Below are positions 27,147 to 40,257 of a DNA stretch of 64,000 nt, piece by piece; position 1 is the first letter of the stretch; the number at the start of each line of letters is the position of its first letter. Position numbers and translations under genes: made by a program. The stretch covers positions 5,890,001 to 5,954,000 of the forward strand of contig OX597821.1 of the NCBI GenBank assembly GCA_951406725.2, in the 5' to 3' direction. The notes beneath the pieces were generated by a model. It had not been told where the DNA came from, searched no databases, and saw only the letters and a list, made by a program, of their open reading frames with translations. The DNA is from Octopus vulgaris (taxonomy: Eukaryota).

Positions 27147-27995
27147 CATGCATGCACAGAAAGTAGATGGCCACAAATATACATACGTACATATATATAT
27201 CTTGTATCAGTCATTAGACTGAGGCCATGCTGGGGCACTGCCTTGAAGAATTTTATTCAAACAAATCAACCTCAGTACTCTTTAAGCCTGGTACTTACTA
27301 TATCAGTTCCTATTGTTGAACTTCTAAGTTATGGAGCAAACAAGACACAAAGACACACACACACACACATGTATATGACAGGCTTCTTTCAGTTTCCCTC
27401 TACCAAATCTACTAATGCAGAAGTACATACAGCTGTAACCATTTCAATTACAGTATATCTTATGCACAAAATTGCATTACTAAAGGACTGGCATGGGAGG
27501 AGGTGATGGAGAGGGGTTGTAAAATAAAGAGAGGGAGAGAGAAATTAGCGAGTAGGGGTGAGAGGATAGAACTAATGAAAAGTGTGTGTGTGAGAGAGAG
27601 AGAGAGAGGTGGGGGTTGTAAATATAAGAAGAAGAAAGATTAGCGAGTGAGGGTGAGAGGATGGGATTAAAACAAGAGTGTGGCTACAGATGTGTGTGTG
27701 TGTGTGTGAGAGAGGAGGGAGAGAAGGGGTGCAGATGTAAAGGAAAGAGAGATTAGCTAGGGAGAGAGATAGACTGGAACTAGTGAGAGGGGTTAGGAAT
27801 CTTTGTGGGTGAGTATGGCTGTGTATATGTATGTGTGTGAGTGTGTGTGTATATGTATGTATGTATGTGTGTATTTACGTATGTGTGTATGTTTGTATGT
27901 ATGTATATGTGTATGTATGTATGTATGTATGTGTGTGTGTGTATGTGTGTGTATATATGTGTGTATGTATATATGTATGTATGCATGTATGTATG

Positions 27996-28040
<45 letters not shown>

Positions 28041-29108
28041 TTGTATGTATGTGTGTGTGTATGTATGTATGAGAGAGATATAGAGAAATAGTGAGAAAAA
28101 GAGGAGCAGGAGGAGAGATAATGAGAGAAACAGAGAGAGACAGAGAAAAAGTGAAAGACAAAGCAAAAGAGAGGGGCAGAGAGAAAGAAAGAGAGAAGAA
28201 AAGAGAAGGAAAGACTGAAACGGCAGAAGAGGAGAAGAGAAGAGTGAATTAGAGATTGGAAGAGGGAGAAACAGGTGTAGAGAAAGGGAGGAACGGAGTC
28301 CTAAGTGAACCCTATTGTGAAGTTATTCATTATTTTGGCAGAGAATCAATCAACTATTAAATTGTTTACAGGAAATTATTCCAAGAGCGAGAGAGGGGAT
28401 GGAGAGAAAGGGGGAGATTCAGACAAACAGTGAGAAAGAGAGAGTGGGGGAGAAGAAGAAGTAGAGAGAAAGGCTTAATGGATGTGATTACATGTTCAGC
28501 CATACAGGGATGATGGAAGGAAATATAACGAGGACAGGAGAGAGTGCTCAATTACAAACCAGTCTACTGGAACACACACACACACACTATGCAGAAACAT
28601 ACATCATCTGGAAGGCCCCTGTGTGGTTGCCTGATTGGCGTAAAATAGCAGTCAAACTTTCCTCAAGTCACATCTTTACCACTTTACTATCTTTACTACT
28701 ATCTTTACCACTTTACAGCAGAAATCAGGTATGTCTCCTCTCCTCAAAATCTCATTGCCCTTAACTACAGAAAGCAGTTTTACCTGCCAATTTATCTTTT
28801 GTTGAGGAATGTTGTCTATAGAACTATTTTTAGTTGAGAATGTTTCAAGTGTATTGAAGAGTATTGAGGCACCACCATGACTCGCAAGAAATACCATTCA
28901 ATCGTTCCATTTTTTGGTAGATATTTCACAACATTGTAGGGGGAGGCATGGGTGTGTGGTAAAAAGTTTGCAGTTTGCTTACCAGCCACATGGTTCCAAG
29001 TTCAGTCCCACTATGTGACACTTTAGGCAGGTGTCTTCTACTATAGCCTCTGGCTGGCCAAAGTCTTGTGAATAGAATTAGAAGACAGAAACTGAAAGAA
29101 GCCCATCA

Positions 29109-29147
<39 letters not shown>

Positions 29148-31734
29148 TCTGTCATTCTTTTATTTGTTTCACTCATTTGACTGTGGCCATGCTGGAGCAC
29201 CATCTTAAAGGATTTTTTTTTAGTCAAAGAAACTGACCCCAGGACTTAATCTTTGTAAGCCTAGTACTTATTCTATCAGTCTCTTTTGCCAAACAGCTAA
29301 GTCACTGGGAGGTAAACACACCAACACTGGTTGTCAAGAGGTGATGGGCTGTCAAATAGAAACGCAAACGCAAACACACACACACACACACAGATATACA
29401 TGATAAGCTTCTTTCAGTTTCTGTCAACCAAATCCATTCACAAGATTTCGTCAGCCTGAGGCTATAGTAGAAGACGCTTGCCTGAAGTGTCACACAGTAG
29501 GACTGAACCCGAAACCATGTGCCAGCATGGACAACGAATGTTAAATGATGATTAAATGATGGTAGTTAGTCCTAGAGTGCATAATGTTCCTAAAGGTCAG
29601 CAATGATCTTCCTCGGTCACGAGTGGATGGCCATCATATATATATATATATACACTAAGGACCGAGATACTTGGTGCCTTGCTGTACCCAAAAAGACCCA
29701 TACTCCACAGCAGAAGTGCTAAGAATGGTCCCTGCGGTGGTGAAAAGCACTCGTGGAAGTGCCACAAAAAAGTGCCTGTCCAGCACCACATAAAAGCCCC
29801 CAGCAGCACACTCTGTAAAGTGGTTGGTGTCAGGAAGGGCATGAAGGGCATCCAGCTGCAGAAACCAGGCCAGATCAGACTGGAGTCTGGTGAAGTTCCC
29901 CAGCTTGCCAGCTCTGGTCAAACCATCCAATACATGCCAGCAACGGACATTAAATGATGATGATGATAATACACACACACATAATGCACACTGAGGAGAG
30001 ACTGCCCTCCCTCCACCTAGTTCAAATATAGAAAATACCTCTATTAAATACATATTACACACACACACACATACACACATGCATACATACATATGTATTA
30101 TTGCGTGCATGCATTTATAGGTGCAGTCATGGCTGTGTGGTAAGAAGCTTGCTTCCCAACTGCATAGTTCTGGGTTCAGTCTCACTGTGTGACACCTTAG
30201 GCAAGTGTCTTCTACTATAGCCGCAGGCCAAACCAAAGCCTTGTGAGTGAATTTGGTAGATGGAAACTGAAAGAAGCCCATTGCATATGTATGTATATGT
30301 GTGTATCTTTGTCATTGTGTTTAAACCCCACCCCCACCCGTCACCGCTTGACAACTGGTGTTGGTGTGTTTACATCCCCATAACATAGCAGTTCAGTAAA
30401 AGAGACCGTTAGAATAAAAACTAGGCTTAAGAAATAATTCCTGGGGTCGATTTCTTCGACTAAAACCCTTTAAGGCAGTGCTACAGCATGGCCACAGTAA
30501 AATGACTGACACAAGTAAAAGAATAAAAGAATACATAATCTCAAGGAATATTAGTGGAATATATGTGTCAGAACTTCCACAAAGAGCCACATAACAGGCC
30601 TGGTGTAGTCGTTTGGAAATAAATTAGACACAACCACAGAAGTCAGCTTTGAGATTTCAATGATGTGATTGTGTAAGTTTACAATGACATTGCAGGGTAG
30701 GTATGAGAGGCTGGATCTGGCCAGTTTGAACATAAAACAGATTGATTTTGTGGGGCTGGACATAGCTGGTTTAACTGCTAATGGGTTAAATGACAATCTT
30801 GTAACTCTAGGGTTTCCAGATGAAGAAAGTAACCGGATAACACATGATAAATACAGTATATGTATAACAGTATATGTATAATAGTAAAAATATATTTATG
30901 TATTTGTTTTGCACACATGCACACAGATACAGATGCAAATGGAAGCACGGATAGAGATACACATCATAGAAGGACAGAATGAACTAAACAGTTAAACAGG
31001 ACAGGAGGAGACACATTGATGGAGAGTTGCTGAAGAGGTCACAGGAGGTGTGATGAAAGATTTCAGATAAAGGGTACTAAAATGAGGAAAGATAAGAATA
31101 ATAATAAAGCTGAACTGAAGAATGAGTATATAGCCTGTGTGGTTATTTGGCAAAAAAATGAAGGAAAAGAATGGCATTATCTTGAAATATAACAATATAG
31201 TTATTTCTGTATTGCCCACAAGGGGCTAAACATAGAGGGGACAAACAAGGACAGACAAAGGGATTAAGTCGAATACATTGACCCAAGTGCGTAACTGGTA
31301 CTTATTTAATCTACCCCAAAAGGAAGAAAGGCTAAGTCGACCTCGGCGGAATTTGAACTCAAAACGTAGCGGCAGACGAAATATTACTAAGAATTTCGCC
31401 CTGCATGCTAATGATTCTGCCAGCTCACCACCATAACAATATAGTAACAATATATATATAACAATATAGTAAGGATATACTAAGATAGCTTTGAATGTTT
31501 GACAGAGACAAGATCCTTCTTTACAAGAATTCTAACAATTAAAGAAAATAGAAAGCACACACACACACACACACACACATACATAAATACATACACACAC
31601 ACACAGAGTCATTTACATTGTTGCTACTATAATATATTGCAATTATTCTCAATTTCAACAGCATTCCTATAATCATCGCCAACACTCTATAAGGACGAAT
31701 GCTACCAGAAAATCCTCAAGCCTCACCATCACCA

Positions 31735-32260
31735 CTTGTGCCTGTACCATAATCAGCAACACCACCACCACCACCATCAGACACTAAGTGCTACTGCCAG
31801 CATCATCACTACAACCACCACCACTAGTGCTTGTACCATAATCAGCAGCACCACCACAACCATCACAACCATCACCACCACAACCACAGGTGCCTGTACC
31901 ACAATCCACACCACCACTATCACCACCACAACCATCACAACCATTAGTGCCTGTACTACAATTAGCAGCACCATCACCACTACAACCACTAATGCCTGTA
32001 CTACAATCAGTAGCACCACCACTACCACCTGTGCCTGTACCACAATCAACAGCAGCACCATCACCATCACTACCATCACCACCACCACCACCAGTGCCTG
32101 TTCCACAATCAGCAGCACCACCACCATAATCATCAGTTACTAACTACTACTGCCATCACTAACATTATCACAACCACCACCACCACTAGTGCCTGTACCA
32201 CAATCAGCACCACAACCATCACCATCACCATCACATCCACCAGTGCCTGTGCCACTACCA
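31735..32260 (+). repeat. Minisatellite: conserved gtgcctgtaccacaatcagcagcacc unit separated by variable (ACC/ATC)n spacers
   Basis: About ten recognisable units with trinucleotide spacers of differing length. Confidence 0.85.
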
Positions 32261-32449
32261 ACATTACCAATACCACCACTATCACCATAACCACCAACAA
32301 TAAACACTAACACCACCACTGCTACTACTACCACCGCTACCACAACCAAATAACAATACAAGGTAGAAATAAAAAATAAGAAAACAATAAACCAACAACA
32401 ACAAGTAACAAACAAGACACCATGTTGCCATATTGCTTAAGCGTCTTTA

Positions 32450-32469
32450 GTAGCGCCATCTAGCAGTGA
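32450..32469 (-). promoter_or_regulatory. Candidate CTCF-binding site
   Basis: Minus strand CTGCTAGATGGCGCTA closely matches the CTCF consensus (CCRCYAGRKGGCGC). It lies in unique sequence and retains its CpG. Confidence 0.55.
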
Positions 32470-33004
32470 TGTAAAGCTGTCAGGAGAGGATTTTCTATTT
32501 TCTGACATTTTAATAGATTAGATCAAATGAGTCAGGAAAGAGAAGGGGGGGGTGTTGGGGGGTGGAGTGATGGTGGTGGGGTGAGGGTACAAATGGGGGT
32601 AGATAATGGGTAGCGCTGCTTCCTGGTGTTTACTCTGAACACACATGCACAAATATGCACAAACGCACATAACATACAAGTAGATCTGCATGCACACATA
32701 TACACACATATACACATACACATACGTACCATATATACATGTGCACACACAGGTTTACAGAAGCTTGCTGCGCATATACACACGTGAACGAATGCAACCA
32801 CAAACTTATGCACATGCCTAAGAACTGGTCCTTGTCTCCGCTCCTCCCCTTTTAGTCGTGCAGACCTGCTCCCTTTAAAATGCATGCACACAGATACACG
32901 TACCCAGAGTTAGCAACAGGAAAGCCATGAGGATTAGGGAAGATTCTTCAATGAATACACATTTGTGTTCTGTGGTCTATGTGTTTATGTGTGAGTGTAT
33001 ATAT

Positions 33005-33420
33005 AGGTGCAGGAGTGGTTGTGTGGTAAGTAGCTTGCTTACCAACCACATGGTTCTGGGTTCAGTCCCACTGCGTGGCACCTTGGGCAAGTGTCTTCTA
33101 CTACAGCCTCGGCCCGACCAAAGCCTTGTGAGTGGATTTGGTAGACGGAAACTGAAAGAAGCCCGTCGTGTATATGTATATATATGCGTGTGTGTGTTTG
33201 TGTGTCTGTGTTTGTCCCCCTAGCATTGCTTGACAACCGATGCTGGTGTGTTTATGTCCCCGTTACTTAGCTGTTCGGCAAAAGAGACCGATAGAATAAG
33301 TACTGGGCTTACAAAAGAATAAGTCCTGGGGTCGAGTTGCTCGATTAAAGGCGGTGCTCCAGCATGGCCACAGTCAAATGACTGAAACAAGTAAAAGAGT
33401 AAAAGAGTAAAAAAAAGAGT
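33005..33420 (+). mobile_element. tRNA-derived CORE-type SINE with internal microsatellite (family A, representative copy)
   Basis: A box tggttgtgtgg, B box ggttcagtccc, CORE-like accttgggcaagt, internal (TA/TG)n and tail gtaaaagagtaaaagag. Other copies: about 3281-3702(+), 14012-14418(-), 24597-24952(-), 24954-25356(+), 29156-29520(-), 30119-30530(+), 34332-34728(+), 38318-38727(+), 48818-49238(+), 49247-49665(+), 54548-54968(+), 61745-62165(-), plus many halves. Confidence 0.85.
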
Positions 33421-33453
33421 ATATGCATAAATATATGTGTGTGTGTGTATATA

Positions 33454-33521
<68 letters not shown>

Positions 33522-34179
33522 TATATATATATATACACACAAATATTTAGAGATATGTGTGTGTATGTATATACATATATATATATATTTATATACTAAT
33601 ATTTAGATATATATATATACACATATGTGTATACATACATACATATATAAAGATACACACACACACACACACACATACAGACACGCATATATATATATAT
33701 ATATATTATAATTAAGGGTATCTAAAAGATACCACCATGCTAGAAATAGCAGCCAAAACTTGACTCTAAAACCACATTAAATGTCCATGCAGGCACCAGG
33801 TGCTGTATGTACATTTAATGCTGCTAATTTACAGTAACATTAGTCCTAAACCAGGACTGCCAAGTGCTGTTGGCAAACAAACTTTACTACTGAATATTTC
33901 AGGTTGTGAGATTAAAAAATAGTAATCACCATCATTATTTAACATCCAACAGAGAGAGAGAGAGAAAGAGAAAGAAAGAGAAAGAAGGCATGGGAAAGAA
34001 CAAAAGAAATATCAGAATGTCTGATGCCAGATAAATTAGCATTGAACCAGCACCAATGAGGTTGCCTTGTCCCCAGCAAGCCTAAACAGTCTCTAATGCT
34101 CGTAGTTGTTTCAGTTTGTTCTTCAACCACATTACAGAGTGTAGTAGATGCATTTTGCCATGGCAACAACCCTACAGAA

Positions 34180-34887
34180 GAGTAGTTCTCAAACTTTTAC
34201 AGGCTGCTGCCCCTTTGGAACCTGGGCCACATCCCTCGGCACATCCCCCCCAACTCACCACCCACAAACACAAACTTCTTTCTGAAGTAAATTTAAAACA
34301 GCCGTATTTCACAAACAAAACTTAACAATAAGACGTGGCTGTGTGGTAAGAAGCTTGCTTTCCAACCACATGGGTCTGAGTTCAGTCCCACTGTATGACA
34401 CTTTGGGCATCTGCTACTATAGCCTTGGGACAACCAAAGCCTTGTGAGTGGATTCGGTAGACGGAAACTGAAAGAAATCCATCATGTGTGTGTGTGTGTG
34501 TGTGTGCGTGTGTATCTTTGTGTCTGTCTTCCCCACCGCCGCTTGACAACTGGTGTTGGTGTGTTTACATCTCTGTAACTTAGCAGTTCAGCAAAAGACC
34601 ATTAGAATAAATACTAGGCTTTAAAAATAAGCCCTGGGGTTGATTTGCTCAACTAAATCCCTTCAAGGCAGTGCTCCAGCATGGCCGCAGTCCAATGACC
34701 GAAACAAGTAAAAGAGTGAAAGAGTAAAAACGTAATTAACCCATTATTTGAGGGGTTTTTTTTTTACATCCATCGCTTTCTTTTGGCCACCCCATTATCA
34801 CCCCACTTTTCTTCAACAGCCCCCTCTCCACTCCTGAATCTTCCCACTGCCCCCATGGGAGCAATACTGCCCATTTGGGAAACACTG
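34180..34887. mobile_element. Degenerate hAT (Charlie-like) MITE interrupted by a family A SINE
   Basis: Ends agtagttctcaaac...tttgggaaacactg resemble CAGTGGTTCTCAAA/TTTGGGAAACACTG TIRs. No clean 8-bp TSD is visible. Confidence 0.45.
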
Positions 34888-35125
34888 CTGTAGGGGTTGC
34901 CATCTCTCCTGCAAGACCAATGTGTCCTCTTGAATTGTTCATCAACCAGTTTACAATCCTAGAAAGGTCCATTTTTATCCTTGGTTTCTTTTATTTAATA
35001 GAATAAAGTTGGACATTACCACTTTAGCATTTAATTTGGCCATATCCAGCCCAAATATTCCACATGTTTTACGCTAAAACTGACCCTATTCAACCTCTTG
35101 CACCTACACTACAATGTCATTTTAA

Positions 35126-36211
35126 CACTAGAAGTACCAAGAGGTCATTTACAACTGTTCATGCTTTTTACCTTTTAATTTCTACGACTGTATTGAATGT
35201 ACAATCATGAGCATAAGTTCATATATATATATGTGTGTATATATAGTTTTGTTGTATGTAAATAAATGCTAAAATACTGTATTTTCAAATCCTTTATTCA
35301 CTAAATGTAGCTTATATTTAAAACTAGCTTAAGGTGACCCGCTCTACGCACGGGTGAAGGTGTGGTTGTTACTTTCTGTTGCTTCCTTTCTGTTTCTTAT
35401 CGCCACATCCTCCCTCTTTGTTTCTCTCTCACTTTCCCACTCTCTAACTCTTCCTTTATCTCGGACTCTCACTTCCTTTCTCTTACTCTCTATCTTTCTC
35501 TATCTAACTCTCTCCCGTTTATAAAAAACAAAAGATCTTGAGTAAGTTGAGAAAGAAAATATTTTGAAAGATCAATCATAAATATCAGGCAGTGACAACA
35601 GAAAGCACACTTGCCTTTTCTACGTGCCACTATTTGAGTGATTAAAAATAAGGATAAAAAGGATTTCTTTGTTAAATTTTTCAACGATTGACCATGCAAA
35701 TGAAAGCTCTAAACACGGGCTACATGCAGCTGTAAATTTCTTTCAGAAAAAATGAAAACTGTAAACAATAAAAAATAAAAGGCAAAAATACGTAAAAATG
35801 AGAAATTTTTTCAACTTCAAAAATTTTTTAAATTTCGAACCCATTTTCTGCGCTTAAATTAGAAATCCACTTCCACTTTACCATGTTGAAAATTTGATTG
35901 AAATCGGACAAAAGGTGTCCAATCTAGACCCCCAAGTGTCCCCCAAAATCAATAAAATCCCCATTTTCACACCAAAGCAACCACTGTAGTGCCCCAAAAC
36001 ATCTCCGAATCAATTTCTCACCTCCTATAAATTTTAATCCCCTTCCAACCCCATTTAGACCCCTTTTTACATAAAAATCCAATTTGTATCAACGTTTGCC
36101 TTCTTCATTTTATAGATTAGATAAATTGTACTAAATAAAGATTTTCAATGCTGGTCAAAAATGACCGCTGTAGTCCTTGTAAGGAAGTAAGAAATGTTGG
36201 TACTTCTGTTA
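35126..36211. mobile_element. TTAA-specific (piggyBac-type) MITE interrupted by the Helitron
   Basis: TTAA at 35122-35125 and 36212-36215, with TIRs cactagaagtaccaa / ttggtacttctgtta. Confidence 0.7.
35324..36121 (-). mobile_element. Non-autonomous Helitron
   Basis: The minus strand starts TC (36121) and ends CTAG (35324), with a GC-rich hairpin acccg...cgggt at 35337-35355, 9 nt from the CTAG. It is inserted between A and T with no TSD. Confidence 0.8.
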
Positions 36212-36225
36212 TTAAAAATATACAG

Positions 36226-36797
36226 CCATCATCATCATCATCGTTTACCGTCCGCTTTCCATTTGGCATGTGTTGGACGGTTCAACTGGGGTCTGGGAAG
36301 CCAGAAGGTTGCACCAGGCCCAGTCTGATCTGGCAATGTTTCTACAGCTGGATGCCTTTCCTAACACCAACCACTCCATGGATGTAGTAGGTGCTTTTTA
36401 CGTGCCACCGGCACAGGTGCCAGACAAGGCTGGCAAACGGCCACGATCGGATGGTGCTTTTTACGTGCCACCGGCTTGGAGGCCAGGCAAGGCTGGCAAC
36501 AGCCACGATCGGATGGTGCTTTTTACGTGCCACCGGCGCGGAGGCCAGGCCAGGCTGGCAACGGCCACGATCAGATGGTGCTTTTTATGTGCCACTGGTA
36601 CGGAGGCCAGTCGGGGCGGCGCTGGCAACGGCCATGTTTGGATGGTTCACTTGTGTGTCACCGGCACTGGTATCACAGCTACGATTTCCATTGATGTTGA
36701 TCGATTTTGATTTTGATTTTGATTTTCACTTGCCTCAACAGGTCTTCACATGTAGAGTTTTGTGTCCCAAGAAGGAATGGTATGCATAAGTGGACTG
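36226..36797 (-). mobile_element. RTE-tailed short element with internal tandem repeats (representative copy)
   Basis: Shares the 3' UTR and (GAT)n tail of the RTE fragment and has internal gccacgatcggatggtgcttttyacgtgccaccggc repeats. Other copies: about 12014-12512(-), 17041-17470(-), 29690-29968(+), 37571-38070(-), 48072-48759(+), 59687-59995(+). Confidence 0.8.
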
Positions 36798-38077
36798 AGG
36801 CCACACTAATGAAATCTTGAAGTTACAAGACAATCTGTGATTAATTCAAAACAGCATTACATTTGACAAAGAAATCTGAATGCTAAAGAATTAAGGAAAT
36901 TTGGCTACCATTTCTGACACTCCTTTACTGGCATCCTATGAAAGTGTAGAGAGCATGTATAGAATATGGAAAAGTGTGACGCTTTTACAACACCTAACAT
37001 TTGACGTTACACTTCCTGCTTCATTAGTTAATGACTTTAAAATGGAGCCTTTGCCTTACAGAAACTGTTTAAAACTCAATCACTGTCACATTAATTGAAC
37101 TCCATAATTACTAATGTAATCACGGTTTTATTGTTTTGCTTTTGTTTTTACATAGCATGTGTCAAGGCAATCCGTGCAAATATGAAAGTTTATCAAAGTC
37201 AGTGTGCGAGTGTGCATGAATATGTAGTAGTACATGTATGTGTGTGTGCATGTGTAGTTTAGTGTGAATGTGTGCAGGTACCTGTATGTGTGGGCACGTT
37301 TGTGTCAAAATACACAAAATACATGGTAATCCCTTGACTAACCCCCCCACCCCCACCCACACAATAGGTGAAAATCCACGAACTAGAAACAGTACTGAAT
37401 ATTTTTTTAAATCCCTTTTATAATTTGTCTATATTTCCTTACCTCTGCCAAGGAAGGAGGTTGCGTTTATAAATGCAAAACAACAGAGGAATAGACATAA
37501 GCTTAAATAATTAAACTACAACAGGTGAACCGCAATATGGCAACGGATTACTGTATATTTGTGTTAATCCTCATCATCATCATCATCATCATCGTTTAAC
37601 GTCCGCTTTCCATGCTAGCATGGGTTGGACGATTTGACTGAGGACTGGCGAACCAGATGGCTGCACCAGGCTCCAATCTGATCTGGCGGAGTTTCTACAG
37701 CTGGATGTCCTTCCTAACGCCATCCACTTTGAGTGTAGTGGGTGCTTTTACATGCCACTGGCACAAGGGCCAGTCACGCAATAGTGGCAATGGCCACGCT
37801 CAAATGGTGTTTTTTTTATGAGCCACTGGCACAGGAGCCAGTCCAGCAACACTGGCAACGACCTCGTTTGAATGTTTTGGCACAAGTGCCAGTAAGGCGA
37901 CACTGGTGATGATCATGCTCGAATGGTGCTTTTTATGTGCCACCGACACGTAAGCTAGTCAGCTGCTCTGGCAACAATCATGCTTGGATGGTGCTCTTAG
38001 CACTCCACTGGCACGGATGCCAGTCATCGAATTTGATTTCAATTTCGATTTCACTTGCCCCAACAGGTCTTTATGTC

Positions 38078-38152
38078 CAGCTCTCATAACTGCCACATCT
38101 TAGTGAACTCAGTTCTCAGGTCTCCATATTTATTAACCTTTTCTCTTCTTTC
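38078..38152 (-). mobile_element. Dong/R4 restriction-like endonuclease fragment, probably the same element
   Basis: EKVNKYGDLRTEFTKMWQL resembles the EK..KY..L..E..+W motif. It lies downstream and on the same strand as 38787-39170. Confidence 0.6.
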
Positions 38153-38481
38153 CATATAAAATGCTTAGCTAAGTCCATAGAGCTGAGCGCTTTATGGATG
38201 TGAAACCATTGGTCACTCTATGACCAAACATATACTGAACTGCATATAAATACATTACTGTTCTATGCTTTAGAGTGTGATTCTTTCTCAGATATATGAT
38301 ACACTGATGATATATATGAGTGGCTGTGTGGTAAGTAGCTTGCTAACCAACCACATGGTTGCGGGTTCAGTCCCACTGCGTGGCATCTTGGGTAAGTGTC
38401 TTCTGCTATAGCCTCGGACCGACCAATGCCTTGTGAGTGGATTTTGTAGACGGAAACTGAAAGAAGCCAGTCATATATATG

Positions 38482-38516
<35 letters not shown>

Positions 38517-38786
38517 CTGTGTTTGTCCCCCCACCATCGCTTGACAACCGATGCTGGTGTGTTTACGTCCCCGTCACTTAGTGGTTCGGCAAAAAGGGAC
38601 CGATAGAATAAGTACTGGGCTTACAAAGAATAAGTCCCGGGGTCGATTTGCTCGACTAGAGGTGGTGCTCCAGCATGGCCGCAGTCAAATGACTGAAACA
38701 AGTAAAAGAGTAAAGAGAGTAAAGAGTATATAGGGTGCCAAGAGCACCATCCGAGCACGATCGTTTTCCAGTGTATGTTGGCACCA

Positions 38787-39170
38787 AGTACCCATTACCT
38801 CGCATCTATACTTCCGGCATAGTAGCCAGGGAAGATTTGGGGCTACCTTGTTGTGTCTATGCTTGTACTCTGTCCGCATAAAACTTTCACAAGCACTAAC
38901 AAAGTGAATCATACTTTTCCCACACATTCAGCAGAGATTCATTGCACTTGTGTGGTATATATCCCTGTTCACTGAGTTGGTATTCAATGCCTGATCCTGG
39001 GCAGCAATGATTGGGCTTTCAGTATTCTTTTTTAGGTCACCTCTACGGTGCTTCCTGGTCTTTTAAACATGATGGAACTGACCATGTAATTTCATGCAAA
39101 GTAGGAATTCTTTTCTCTCATTGGCTGTTCTTCATTGGAATTCATGAGCACTTTCGAGTCCATTTTTGGT
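38787..39170 (-). mobile_element. Degenerate Dong/R4-clade non-LTR retrotransposon fragment (zinc-knuckle region)
   Basis: Minus-strand remnant reads LHGQF...GDLKKNTESPIIAAQDQALNTN...C*MCGK...HFVSAC...EYKHRHNKVA...WLLCRKY, motifs typical of R4/Dong ORFs. Confidence 0.8.
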
Positions 39171-39207
39171 ATTATTGTCGTCGTCGTCATCATTATTATT
39201 ATTATTA

Positions 39208-39568
39208 TTATCTCCGTCTTAGGTGGAGGTATTGTTTTCAGTCGTGTTTGTTTGTTTGTTTGTCCATGGACAAGATATCTCAAGAACTGCAGGATGGATT
39301 CGGATGAAATTTTCAGGGATGTTCGGCCTCGTGACTGGCATGAACTGATTAGAATTGGGGATCAATCCAGTACTGAACAAGGATTCTGGATTATTTTTCC
39401 AGTTTTTTTACTTAATCTTTGAGAGCGGTCAGGTTCATTTTTAGTATTCTCGTTTGTGAGAGCAGTCAAGTTTATTTCAGATATTCTTGTTTTAAAAATC
39501 ATCTCTGGCTAATCGTTAAGAGGACGTTGGTGTTGCCTTGGCGGAGGCTTGCACTCTCTGAGTGTTCT
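39208..39568 (+). mobile_element. HINE copy 2
   Basis: Colinear with 5725-6088; ends ccttggcggaggcttgcactctctgagtgttctt. Confidence 0.7.
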
Positions 39569-39876
39569 TGTTATTATTATTATCATTATCGTCGTCGTCG
39601 TAGGCGACGACGACGACGGCGTTATTATTATTATTATCGTTATTGCAAGCTGACAAAATCATTATTATACCAAATAAAATACCAAGTTGAAGAAATCAAC
39701 CCCCAGGATTTATTCTATGTAAGCCTAGTACTTATTCTATTGTTCTCTTTTGCCAAAGTGGTAAGTTATGGGACATAAACAAACCAACATCGGCTGTCAA
39801 GCGATGGTGAAGACACAAATACAGACACAAACACACACATATATGAATATATATATATATATATATACATATATAT

Positions 39877-40257
39877 GTGGAGGTGCAATGGCCCAGTGGT
39901 TAGGGCAGTGGACTCGCATTTGTAGGATCATTGTTTCGATTCCCAGACGGGGTGTTGTGAGTGTTTTTTGAGCGAAAACACTTAAAGCTCCACATGGCTC
40001 CAGCAAGGGTTGGTAGCATACCCTGCTGTACTCTTTCACCACAATTTTCTCTCACTCTTTCTTCCTGTTTCTGTTGTACCTGTATTTCGAAGGACCGACC
40101 TTATCACATTCTGTGTCATGCTGAATCTCCCCGAGAATTACGTTAAGCATACAAGTGTCTGTGGAGTGCTCAGCCACTTGCATGTTAATTTCCCGAGCAG
40201 GCTGTTCCATTGATCAGATTAACAGGAACCCTCATCGTCACAACTTATAGAGTACCA
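39877..40257 (+). mobile_element. tRNA-derived SINE family C (representative copy), inserted in the microsatellite of a family A SINE
   Basis: A box tggcccagtgg and B box gtttcgattccc. Second copy at 51578-51930(+); relatives at 2115-2382(-), 10868-11195(-), 58615-58862(-). Confidence 0.8.

Noticed and set aside
31025-31070. Hammerhead-like CUGAAGA-G-GUCACA(GGAGG)UGUGAU-GAAA-GAUUUC on the plus strand
   Set aside because: There is an extra nucleotide before stem II and no credible stem I; probably chance.
39877-39955. tRNA-like heads as true tRNA genes
   Set aside because: A and B boxes run straight into SINE bodies; no complete cloverleaf or oligo-T terminator.
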